Notes: a model not told the origin generated them from the letters alone. A stretch of 45,274 nt of DNA from Mitosporidium daphniae (GCF_000760515.2 NW_013546523.1:1-45274), one strand, 5' to 3'. Positions 12,059 through 23,169 are shown, counted from the stretch's first letter. Translations and numbers: made by a program.

Positions 12059-12896
12059 TTATTTGAGAAAGTGTGCTTTGATGTCCTCCAAGAGGGCCTC
12101 GTTCACATCATTGTGGGCTTTGATAAGACTCTCGGTCTATTTCGTAAAGGCGCTAATTTTACCAGTGCTGAGCATTCCAGGCTTTCTCCACCGATAACAT
12201 CAATGGCCAATACAGAGTCCTTGGGTGCGTTTGAGGCCCAAACAAGAAGCACAGATGAATTGGCTGAGCTCTAATCGTTAGCAAACAGACATACCGCTAT
12301 TGAGAATGAGCTGGCCGCAATCATGAACTTAATAGGGATCCCTAGAGTCATTATTGCTATCAAATGGACGAACCAGAATCTATCAAGGCAACGGAGAGGC
12401 AATTTATGGCACATGATAAAATTTCATGGAACGAAGAGTTATTTCCAGATTTTGATAAAAAGAAGCTGAATAAAAAGCCCGATCGAGGAAATAGTAGTGT
12501 GAGAAGTGTCTCCGACAGAATTCCGTGTAAAATATGTTCGATTTCCCTTGGCGACCTAGACGAAAAGCCCTTGCTTAAATCAAGATCTTTCCCGGCCTCC
12601 TTTCCACTTGTATCTTCAGTATCGTTGGTATCGCTATAATCATTGCCATCTATTTCCATCGGTGGATTCTTTGTAAAATTGTCGACCCAAGCGAGAGTCG
12701 ACGAGGAAAGAGAGGATCTCCATATGCACTTGATTGCAGCCCTATCTTCAAGCTCTAATCTGGGCTTAACAGGAAGAGGTCCATTTATTGAGCAGTATAC
12801 GGAGATGGTGCAGGGGTCATCAATAGCTCCTGTCGAGTATGAAGCAGATGCCAGCGATCCCGGTAGGACCTGGGTTTGAATAATCGGCTTGGTCAT
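12059..12896 (-). CDS. RRP46: Exosome RNase PH-like subunit (Rrp46/EXOSC5-like), 3 short introns
   Basis: SASYS...VYCSINGP...LFPRS...LSCAINCLSVALIDSG|IPI. Start taken at MTKPII after an AT-rich element. Confidence 0.75.
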
Positions 12897-13105
12897 ATGT
12901 TGTATTCCTGAAAGATTTAAATTCCCAAAAGCTCGAAATTTCGTTGCAACCCTAAATGTTACCGCCATCTCATGCCACACCACGCTAGATACGCGAGTAC
13001 TAAACAAGGTCAGCAGCACTAAGCGGGCTTATGCTTGATCTCTGAAACATGGCATATCGTGAATATTTATTGATCAACTAAAAACTACAATTAAATAGCT
13101 GAAGC

Positions 13106-13444
13106 CTAATCAAAGAGACCAAATCCCATCTCCTCATCTGATGGCTCTGGCTCGGGTTCTTTCTTGGCTGGGGCGCTCTTCGAGCTTCCAGAAGCTCCAG
13201 AAGCGGCAGCAGCAGCTGGGGCAGCACTTTGAGCGCTGGCAGCAGGGGCAGCAGAGAATGAAAAGAGAAGGTCATTCACGTTTTTTCCGGCAAGTGTCTT
13301 TGCAAAAAGAGTGCACCAGATTGAGTCAACTTGAACGTTGGCAGCGGAAAGAATGGCAGATAGTCCTTCTGCGGTGATCTCAACTCCAGCGTCTTGTAGA
13401 ATGAGAGCGGCGTAAACAACAGCTGTTTCGGGGGAGAAAGTCAT
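13106..13444 (-). CDS. RPP1: 60S acidic ribosomal protein P1
   Basis: YAALILQD...IWCTLFAKTL, Ala-rich hinge, C-terminal SDEEMGFGLFD. Confidence 0.97.
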   Translation of the reverse strand: MTFSPETAVVYAALILQDAGVEITAEGLSAILSAANVQVDSIWCTLFAKTLAGKNVNDLLFSFSAAPAASAQSAAPAAAAASGASGSSKSAPAKKEPEPEPSDEEMGFGLFD

Positions 13445-13592
13445 TGGGATGGATGAAATTAAAAGTTACGATTGAAAAATGAGTTCAAGCAAGTTTAACT
13501 CCTAAAAGAGCAAGAACTACAAAAAATTGCATTTTAATTTTAAATTTATAACCCAAATTTATATTGCAATCCATCCTACACGTTCCACCCTC

Positions 13593-14152
13593 ATGGATGC
13601 CTCTAAATTTATCCCCATCGTTGATGAGGATGATGAGAGGGCTGGATCAGACGCCCTCATTGAGGATTCTGCCATGATCAAAATGGAAAATGAATATTCG
13701 GACTCTACCGCTGATAACGGCTTAAACTCAAGGACCAGAAATTTGACTCCGCAAATTTCGATTGGAAATACGCTGCCGGCCTCGAAAATTAGAAAGATCC
13801 TGAAAGAATATGATGAGCTCTCAATCATATCAAAAGACTCTTTGTTCCTGATAACTGCAGCGACGGTATTTCATTGTGGATAATCTTTCAGGAGCTTTTT
13901 ATCCAATACTTTGCATCGAGGGCATTTGAGCTTGCAAAGGGAAAAAGAAAAACTGTCCTGTATAGCGACTTGATCCAATTGGCCAAACAAGACGAGCGGT
14001 TTATGTTTGTGTCTAGTAGGAAGATTGGTTATTGAATTTTAGATGATATTGACAATCCCGAGTTCACTGGACTTTCTTCGTCATCCACTCAACTTGTATT
14101 CAAAACTATTGCTGACGTAGAAGAGTCCACTGGAGATGTTTTTGAAAAATAG
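13593..14152 (+). CDS. H2A-like histone-fold protein (POLE4/Dpb3/CHRAC1 family), 2 introns
   Basis: LPASKIRKILK...LITAAT|ELFIQYFA...RKTVLYSDL after removing GT-AG mini-introns. Confidence 0.8.
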
Positions 14153-14206
14153 CCTGGTGTGCCGCCCCCCCCATACAATGCCCAATTTTATTAAAGGTTT
14201 CATTAT

Positions 14207-15274
14207 TTAATATTTTCTGAACTTGCGGCTCTGTGGATAATCATGGGGTATTGGCGATTTAGACCGAGACTTTTGTCTCATTTGATTCCTAGATTTTCTC
14301 TCTGGCGAATGAAGTCGTGCTCCGGCATCGCGAGAGCTTGCTCCTCTTGTTTGAGGAGACTTGGATCGAAGCGGTGGCGATTTCGACCTTCTGCGTGAAG
14401 GCAGTTCATACAGAAACGCGGTTTTCCCCTGTGTACTCGGAGAGGTTACTGGGGTGTTTGGATATTTTTCCTAAAATCACATTGCACAAATACCTTCAAC
14501 CGATCGAGCTCTTTTCTGACCTTGTCAAACCCAATGTGCTGCTTTCCCTCGTAATGGGCGTCGAGCCTCTTTGCAATGTCATTTACAACAAGAAAAGCAC
14601 CGCAAACGCTGCATGTTTCCATTTCCTTCTCCATTTTAAACATCGGGTTTATTTCCTACAGAAAGAGAATCGAAATATACCTGTTTGATGCGGTCAATAT
14701 CCCTTCTAAGGCGATCGGATTCGCAATCCAACTGCTGGGCTTCATAGACCTTGCCTTCTTCGCCAAACTTTTCCATACGATCCAAAAGATCTTTCAGCTG
14801 TAATTCAAGCTTCACTATTCGCTCTTCATTTTCGTCTTTGTTTGGTTTCATCATTGCAAGCACCTCATCTGAAGGCTTGGCCTCGAGCCTTTCTTTTGCC
14901 CGTTTTATTCGGCGATCCAGATCATTTACCAGTCTCTGCAAGTAATCCATCATTTTCTTCTCAAATTGAACAACGTAATCCTCCCCATTTAACATGTAGC
15001 TATAAGCGATAATAAATGGCAATGACGTACTCTGCCCGTAGGGCCTCGTCATGAGTACGGTACTCACACGGGCCAATATCCGATTTTGTGTTGGGAAACA
15101 AGTCATGTGGACAAAACGAAACCAAAAAGTACTTGCAAACCTAGCAGGTATTTAAAGACATCGATTTACATCTTTATCATAAAATCTCTTTTCCTGCGTC
15201 TTTTCTTCATACACGGTTTTGTTTCTATCAAGACCCATTAGTTCATTGCATAGCTGACGAGCATAATCAGACAT
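14207..15274 (-). CDS. LUC7: U1 snRNP protein Luc7, multi-exon
   Basis: MSDYARQLCNELMG; zinc finger CSVCGAFLVVND...RLDAHYEGKQHIGF; RS/SP-rich tail. Confidence 0.93.
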
Positions 15275-15316
15275 TGAAAACCAAAAATTTAAATTAATTG
15301 CCAATTTTAATTTTAA

Positions 15317-15666
15317 ATGATTCCAGGCACCAATTCCATCTTTTCCTTTGATACTGTCCATAGGGGATCGAACATTTTTTCCGGCAAGAAACAGTTAAAT
15401 GGCCAATTTACACTCTCGAGACTGGTAGAAAAGGATTCGGGACCTTTTGAGGTTCTCGTGGAATATATGCCTGGTTTATTTAAAACGATCCCAATCTCTT
15501 CGGTACGTTTGCCGCATGTTTACCTAAATTGTAGTGTGATAGTGCCGAAGCAGTCTCGGAGGCTTTTTGTACAGAGATTGATGACCACGCCATCAAGGAT
15601 AATCTGTGTCATTACTTGACCATGGTCCAAGATGTCGCCGTGTGTAAAATAAATAATACTGAATAA
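15317..15666 (+). CDS. Small hypothetical protein (~105 aa), one predicted intron 15503-15534
   Basis: ATG follows an AT-rich element divergent from LUC7. The intron GTACGT...CTAAATTGTAG joins to an open frame CDSAEAVSEAFCTEID... Confidence 0.5.
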
Positions 15667-15978
15667 CGATCCGCGAAATAATTTAATTTAATTCTAAATT
15701 TTACCAATCGTTACGTTGGCTTGGCCGGCATTTTTATGGAAAGCGCCGAAACGGGCTCCTGCGGCCTGTGGCTGCTTGGCCGTCAAAACGTACTCGAAAC
15801 TTTAATTGGACCAATGCAGATATAAAATCGTTTGAGAACAATAATTTAAATTTAAGTTAAGGGATCAACCTTCTAATGAATGTCACCAATTGGAGGGTTT
15901 GGTTTGTAACTGCCTGGAATTTTCGCAAATCGCTGATTATTTAAATAGTGGGATTAGCAAAGCCAATTTTTATCCAAA

Positions 15979-16466
15979 ATGGTACTCCCCAACTGATTAG
16001 ATCTAACACTATAGTCTTCCGGAATAAATGTCGACGATTCATGCCTTGTTGCTTTTGATGAATTGAAAAAGAATTCAAAGCACACGTATTTACAGTTCAA
16101 GATCTCCGAAAAAAGGACCAAGATCGTTGTTGAAGAGCTTGTGAAGCCCGCAGCTACTTTTGAGGAATTTGTCGCAAACCTTCCAGAAGACGATGGCAGA
16201 TATGCCGTTTACGATCTCGAATACAAGCTTTCGGATACCGATGGGCTGCGTAAAAAGATCCTTTTTATCAGCTGGTATGCCATTACTTCTCCGACTTTCA
16301 CCGTAGGATTCCAGACTCGGCTGTAACAGGTCAAAAAATGACTTACGCCTGTAGCAAGGATGCATTGAAATCCAAGCTGCTGGGGATTGCCCTGGACATT
16401 CAGGCCAACTGCAAAGAGGACCTGGAATACTCCAGCATCATGGACCGTTTGCGTAACAAGAACTAA
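15979..16466 (+). CDS. COF1: Cofilin/ADF; first exon is the ATG only
   Basis: M|SSGINVDDSC...GRYAVYDLEY...KILFISW|IPDSA...KMTYACSKDALK; introns 15982-16014 and ~16275-16306. Confidence 0.95.
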
Positions 16467-16504
16467 TTTATTGGGCTTTTATGCAACATAAACATATGAT
16501 TGTT

Positions 16505-16882
16505 TTATTGAATTTGTATTTTCCACGTAGTTATGAATATCGTATCGAGCGATTTTTGAATGGAGGCAAATAAATCTCCAAACGATGTAGTAGAGGCTTG
16601 CGAAAATAGAAATATCTGATATGCTAGCAAGCAGGATATGAATGCCATGCCCCGAATATCTCCGTTCATTGAGGACAGAAAAATGTCCTTTGAAATGGAG
16701 AGAATGGATATAGAATATGACCGAATGGGCCCAACCGGCATGCCATCATCCTTGATGTCGACCTCATCTTTACGTGCATAGTCTTCAAAGCCCGCCTCCT
16801 TGCCTCTAACGTAACTTGAAAAATACAATGCAAAAAATACCAAGGGTATCAAGAAATGAATCTTGAGTTTTGTAATAATCAT
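16505..16882 (-). CDS. Small hypothetical membrane or secreted protein
   Basis: 125-aa ORF with a hydrophobic N-terminal segment and a second hydrophobic segment. Confidence 0.5.
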   Translation of the reverse strand: MIITKLKIHFLIPLVFFALYFSSYVRGKEAGFEDYARKDEVDIKDDGMPVGPIRSYSISILSISKDIFLSSMNGDIRGMAFISCLLAYQIFLFSQASTTSFGDLFASIQKSLDTIFITTWKIQIQ

Positions 16883-17064
16883 GTTGCGAAATATGACAAT
16901 AATAAATCCCCTACTGGCTACATAATTTCATTGGGTAGCGACCGGAAATCGTTGGGCGCGTCCAATTAAAATTCAAATTTGTCCAGGTAAAATTAAATCA
17001 AATTAAATGGTCCAAAACGGCGTTTATTTAGTAATGCCCTTTAATATACAATGACAGTGTGTTT

Positions 17065-19810
17065 TCACCCAAGAAGAAATATTCCCAACTCCAGAACGTG
17101 AAGTGTAAGTTCTGTATTTGACCCGGGAGGAATAAGGATATATAAAGCTAGACTCCGAAAAAAATAAAAACATGATATTAATAGATCTTTGAGGAGGTCT
17201 ATGCTTTCATTTGATGCCTTGAGAACGGAGTGGCCAAAAATGTCAGTGTCAGTCCCCAAAGCAGAAATACCATTAACCTGAAATACAAACACGACCAACA
17301 GCAATGAATAAACGACACAAAATCTGGGAAACATAAAAAGAGATAATCTTTTGTTCGAAAATACCTCCAGTAGCCAATGGGATATGCTCATTTGCAAATT
17401 TTTATTTCATTGGAAATTAATTCGCCTATCTCTCCATAGTACAGATCGCTTTTTGCCAACATGTCCACCAGTTCCTTCTGAAAGATCTCCGTTAGTGTGC
17501 AGATGGTAGGGCCTTCCCAATTTGCGAAGCACTGCGCCCTGATTGAGCAAAATTCTTTGCAAGTAGAGAAAATTAGAGTATATATTTGATTTAAATTACT
17601 TCTTGCAGTTATGGCGGTACCAGTGGTCGTTGTATATATAAACGGCATGTGTTTCCCAATGATGCACTTGCAGAAATTAAGAGCAAAATCTAAAAAGTCT
17701 GAATGCCACTCACTGTTGGCAATATTATAGAGCTCTGGAATATCGGCGATCTCCCTCTGCATAAGAGAGGCATGAATGTGCCCCACAATTTCAGTAAGGC
17801 AACTATATCTATTTTGCTCGCCATGCAGGTACATTGAAGTACTGAGGATAGCCGTTTCGAGGAATTTATCCTTGAGGGTCTTTAAAAGAAGAAACAGCCT
17901 GGTCGCAAATGCAGTTGATTTGCCCCATTTTTTAATGGCATAAAAAGAATCGAATACCATTAAATATAGGCTAGAAAAGTGTCTAGAAAAGCTCAAAAAC
18001 GAAGGGAAATATAAGGCAAATTCCTTGGATGCCAACTGGGCATCAACAGCAGAGAACTGGGACTGAATGGTCGGCAAACTGGTCAAATGCTCGATAATCG
18101 TGGCAATATTCTTATCAAAAAGAGAAATAAATTCGCCTAGCAACACAGGGGAGAGTGGATTTTTCTTGGTAAAGCACAAAGTAGACACTTCAAAATACAC
18201 AATCGATAGTAGAAGAAAGAAAAAATCATTTTCCCTCGTCAATAACAATTTCTTTTGGATTCCTTTCTATCGCCGTGAAAGGCAAATAAACATACCTTGA
18301 CAACTTCAATCACATCTTTTTTAAAGTCGGTTAGCATTTTTTCTCCGGAAAGCTCAAAAAACGGGCCAAAAAACTCAACCTCACCAGATAAGTATTGATC
18401 CACAAGTAAACATAGCCTTAAAACGACATTTTCAGGGAAAATTGGCTGATAATTAGTAGGACTCACTATGGTTACCTCGGATAGGGCTTCGCTATGGGCC
18501 TCCAGTACCCTGAATATGGATTTCTTCTCCTTTTCTAAAACCACAGTGTCGAATTTCAAAAGAGGGACTAGGATTTCCGCTACCGGGGGCATCTCAATAG
18601 CGTTTGTAGGCTCAGTAAGGGGAGATAAAGTAATCCTGAAAAGGTCTGATGCATGGTTAGTAAAATCCGCAATTTATACTTGAGGCAAGCGAAAGATACT
18701 CCTCTTTTGGGGAGGACTGGAAAAACGACGTTGGCAGCGTCAAGCTCCAAATGGAAAAATCATTGAGCTCCGGTCTTGCCTATTTTATAAAAAGTCAGCA
18801 TCTCAACCACAGTAACGCCATTGACAAGTTGCTTTAGGTGCTTTTGAAAAATAGAGGAAAAGATGGAGGCTGACGTCTCTAAATACCTTTTAATCAGGAT
18901 ATCATCGGAACCATCATACAGCATCGTGTTTTCTCCCTTATTTGCAGCACCATTCCCCAACGCATTGCTTGTAGTGTTAGGCTCTTCGTCAGCGAGATCT
19001 TCTTTTTTTCTCTTCTGGCAGAACCTTAAAATTCTCCTTGAAATGTCAAATAAGCCCCTTTTCTTTGTACACTCGGAATGCAAAAAGCCCAACTCGGCAT
19101 CTAAAGTTGAAGTTGTATCTTTTGCCGAAAGAGGTGCAAAAATATTCTTAGAAACAAATGTGCAAATTTCATTAAGTATCTAGGAGAAAATAAGACCAAA
19201 AGATCTAACATGGATGCTCAATTCAGAATAAATGGGCGTAATATCCGAAACGATAGGAATGGGGGCTTTTTCTTTAATTGACGAAAGGTTTTCTACCACC
19301 CTAACGTATTGAGCACAGCAATCGGAAAATTGCTCAATGCTGGAGGAAGAGGACATTGCACCATCTTTGAGCTTTCTATTAAAAATAGCGGTGTTTCAAT
19401 GGTACTTGATTACAGTATTTGGCAAAACATAATGAGAAAAGAACTCCTCAATCAATATCTTCAGTTTCTATATGGAAAGGGTTGGAATTGATGTGCATTA
19501 CACTCCTGTTGGAAAGCTTTGTGGAGAGCTCCGTGATTTTCGATAGCACAGGGTTTGTTTTGGAATCTATATCTTTTTTTTTGACCAAGTATTCTTCAAT
19601 GAGCCCCTTGTATTTTGTATTTATCTCGAACAATATCTACGCATAAAGGGCAAAAGACAATACCTGGAACTTGGAAAGGAACTCGGTGAACATTTTTTCT
19701 TTTTCTGGAAAGTCATTGTTAATTCTAGACTGAGAAGTCGACACAGCATGGTGATTTTGATCATCATTTTCATTATGAGAATTGGCGATGGGTAAGAGTG
19801 ATGCCGTCAT
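17065..19810 (-). CDS. Large helical hypothetical protein, multi-exon (3' end uncertain)
   Basis: Chain of same-strand ORFs separated by GT-AG mini-introns, starting MTASLLPIANSH at 19810; family not recognised. Confidence 0.55.
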
Positions 19811-19902
19811 TTGATTTAAAGTTTAAATAGCAACTAACCCTAACCGATTTTTTATCGTTTAAATAGCAGTGGATTGATACCCAGCCGTCATCTTTCTTTC
19901 AA

Positions 19903-21071
19903 ATGGAGCACAAAGTACTTGATCCTGAGACACGCGTCTATCAAGCATATTCTTTCCTAAGAAACTTTAAAGCTGGGATTTCTCGATTCTCTAAAAACGT
20001 GACCAGATCTTTGAAATCGATTTTTTCCTCCTCCATATCTCGCGGCCTTAATAAGGTTGTCCCATTGAATGCTGCTAATCAGCAAACAGGGATATCCTCA
20101 GAGCAGATTTTCTTTAGCGAAGATAGGCATTCTCATGATCTAAAATCGCCGCCTACTGAACAGGGAGAAACTCCTGTTCAGATACCCTTGGATGATGCCA
20201 AGTCTTGTGCATCTATCATCCCAGAATTATCGTCAAATAATTTATCTATAGACGAAAAACACATTGAGATACACAAAGATGGTATCATAATTGAGGAATC
20301 ACCGCCATCTTCTATTCGTGGACGGGATCCTTTATCTGTCCCAATGGAGTCTGGAATTCGGTTAAAAACAAACAGGAAATGCCTCGTGCTAGATTTGGAC
20401 GAGACGCTTATTCACTCCTCATTCAATATACCAACAGTCAAAACTGATTTCATCCTCAAACTGGACCTCTCTTCTTCCGACCAGCAGTCTCTAGTGACCG
20501 ATGTGGTCTATGTGTCCAAGCGACCGGGTTTGGATGGATTTCTAGAGGAAATCTCCAAGCACTTCGAGGTGGTCGTCTTTACTGCGTCACTCCCATCATA
20601 TGCTAATCCGGTGATTGACCGAATAGATCCTGAGGGCAAGTATATCCATCATAGGCTGTTCAGGCACTCTTGTATTTTCGTTTGCGGGCATTTTATTAAG
20701 GTACCCTTTAACAATTGTATCAACTAGAATAGGATTTGACCATATTTGGAAAGCCGCTCCATGATATTATCATTGTGGATAATTCCCCAATATCCTATAT
20801 GCTACAACCACAAAATGCAATAGCAATACCTACATGGTTTTCTGATCCACATGACAGATACCTGTCTCTTCTTTGCCCAGAGCTCATAAAGGCATCTACT
20901 GCCGAAATGCCGATAAGTTCGCTTTCAGATGTCAATTCTATTTTACAAGAGGAAGCGATGAACAAAGGTGTTTCGATCTCGTCGCCCTCTGCAATCCATG
21001 GAAATTTTGCGGCAATTTTGGAGATGCTCTCGTCCCCTTTTTCCTTTCCACAAACAGTCGAGAAATTTTGA
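19903..21071 (+). CDS. CTDSP/SCP1/Psr1-type (NIF/FCP1-like) HAD phosphatase, 1 intron
   Basis: CLVLDLDETLIHSS, VYVSKRPG, VVVFTAS, RLFRHSC...IK|DL, IIIVDNSP. Confidence 0.93.
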
Positions 21072-21149
21072 GATATTTAATAAATTGGCCATATTTACAA
21101 TGATTTCAATTTGGTGTTGTTATCAATTGTGGAATTTAATTTTATTCAA

Positions 21150-22288
21150 ATGTCCCTGGAAGCGTGTATGATCATGTAGGTCCCGTTGTCTTCTAATCCC
21201 TTTTCCTCTTTTTATCTTGTTCCCTTACCTACCGTGGTAGTCTTGATACATCAGAGTGGGTTCGGTCGGCAGATTACCTTCCGACACGAATGGAGGCCCA
21301 GCTCGATGCTGCCAAGGTCATCATTCAGGCAAAGCGCCAACGAAATCAAGAGAATTCCATTGGAGTCATGACGATGGCCGGCACACTGGGGTATCAGTGT
21401 ATTCTTCATTTTTAGCCCACATGTCCTTATTTCGCTTTCGCAAGATTCTGGAAATCTCTACAAGGCGCTTTCATCGGCAGCCATTAATGGAAATCCCTCT
21501 TTCCTCTCTGCAGTGAAAATTGCGCAAGTATGGCTATTAGTTGACCGGTCGTTATTTATAGCTTGCGCTGAAGCATCGTCAAAATAAAAGCCAACGCCAG
21601 CATATAATAGCGTTTGTCGGCTCCCCGCTTCTCCGGGACCCTGCGGGACGAACAGATGAAGACTCGCCAGAGGCGATGCAGCAGCTCGCCCGATCCCTAA
21701 AGAAGAATGGCATCTCCATGGACATTGTCAGTTTTGGAGAAGAAGATAGAACAAACTTGGAGCGCCTCTCTTCCTTCATAGAAATAATCTCGCACGATCG
21801 AAACAGGTATCTCTTGCTCCTTTTCTAATCCCCCGCCTCTAGGTACGGATTACCGCAGAAATATAGCTTAGGTACTATGATAAACATCTCATGGCATCAA
21901 TCACTATAGCAATTTGGTGTCTGTCCCGCCATCAACCGGAGGTCTACTCTCCGATGCCGTGGTCTCATCACCCATTCTCAGTGGATATAACTCATCCGGG
22001 TCTGAGTTTCCATTCGGCGTTGACCCAGAGCTAGATCCAGAATTAGCTCTTGCGTTGCGCATGAGTCTAGAAGAGGAGCGAAACCGCCAACCAGCTTTAC
22101 CAACCACAGGGGAAGCCTTGGCGCAACCCCATGTTTTGCCTGAGACATCCACTCCACAAGAAATTCAGGAGGAGAGTGAAGGCGATGACGAGCTCGCGAT
22201 GGCCATCGCTATGTCGCTCGACCATTCAGATACTCAAGTTGAGCAACGGTCCCCCAAGCGCAAGCTTGATGAGGGTGATGACCAATAA
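21150..22288 (+). CDS. RPN10: 26S proteasome ubiquitin receptor Rpn10 (VWA + UIMs), 4 intron intervals
   Basis: [15 protein letters not shown]...[63 protein letters not shown]. Confidence 0.96.
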
Positions 22289-22492
22289 ACGTATCATCCG
22301 GTACAGAAAATGCTACACCATCGCACACTCGCAGCCATTGGTGATTGCTAACAATTATACAGGGACTTGACGCCCAGCGCAATTGTAACAACCCCAAAAA
22401 ACTTTGCTGCCAAATGCGGTAAAAACGACGCTTTTCTAAGACGCTGTAAAGTCCAAAGTGTTAGCTCCTCATTTATTATTAAGGCGGATAAA

Positions 22493-23169
22493 TTAAGACC
22501 TGGGCTTATCCTTCTTCTCTTTGTATAGAGCAAGCAGGGAGACGGAAGCCACTTTGACGACCTTGAATTTGACACCGGGAATGTCTCCCACAGCACGACC
22601 TTTACGACCAAAACCAGCAACAAGAACTTCGTCGTTGGTTTCAATGAAATTTAGACAACCATCGTTCGGTACAAAGGCAGTGATCTTCTTTGCGTTTTTG
22701 ATGAGCTGGATTCGCACACACTTACGAACTGCAGAGTTTGGCTGTTTAGATTCAATACCACTAAAGGTAAGGCAAAACGAAATGCAAAATATAAGATGGG
22801 TAATAAAAGAAAAGTATCAGCACACAAAGATCAGAGAGATAGAATCATCAAGTTATCAGTTGTCCCTATCTGTTCTCATCATTTCAAAGGAGCTTTAGAA
22901 GTATGAACTTACATTCTTTCTAGGACAATTCCCTTAGCGTGAGAGGCTCCTCCAAATGGGTTGTGCTTGAAAGCTGTTCCAAGAGCCCTCTTCTTGTAGC
23001 TCTTGTCAGCCCAGCGGTTATCGCGGCGCGAGGTACGAAGCTTGCGAGCGGCGTTCAATCCTGTTGGTTTTCCCTTGCCTACATATTAGACAAATTGAAA
23101 AGGGAGCGATAACGATGGATGTAAATATCGTTGGTTGATCTGAAGAAAGGAGACGATAAACTTACCCAT
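22493..23169 (-). CDS. RPS23: 40S ribosomal protein uS12 (RPS23), introns 23079-23165 and 22761-22912
   Basis: [15 protein letters not shown]...[22 protein letters not shown]...[13 protein letters not shown]. Confidence 0.98.
22813..22886 (-). ncRNA. Intronic box C/D snoRNA, snR64/SNORD74-like
   Basis: Minus strand reads C box ATGATGA, guide GAACAGATAGGGACAA, D' CTGA, C' TGATGA, terminal D CTGA. The guide is complementary to conserved LSU rRNA UGUCCCUAUCU. Confidence 0.88.

Noticed and set aside
15870..15940. Possible C/D snoRNA upstream of cofilin (CTGA present, rRNA-like CAATTGGAGGG)
   Set aside because: No canonical C box and no convincing antisense guide next to the D box
21843..21871. 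ATTACCGC antisense to 18S rRNA inside the Rpn10 intron
   Set aside because: Only an 8-nt match with no C/D boxes; the splice-unit explanation fits better
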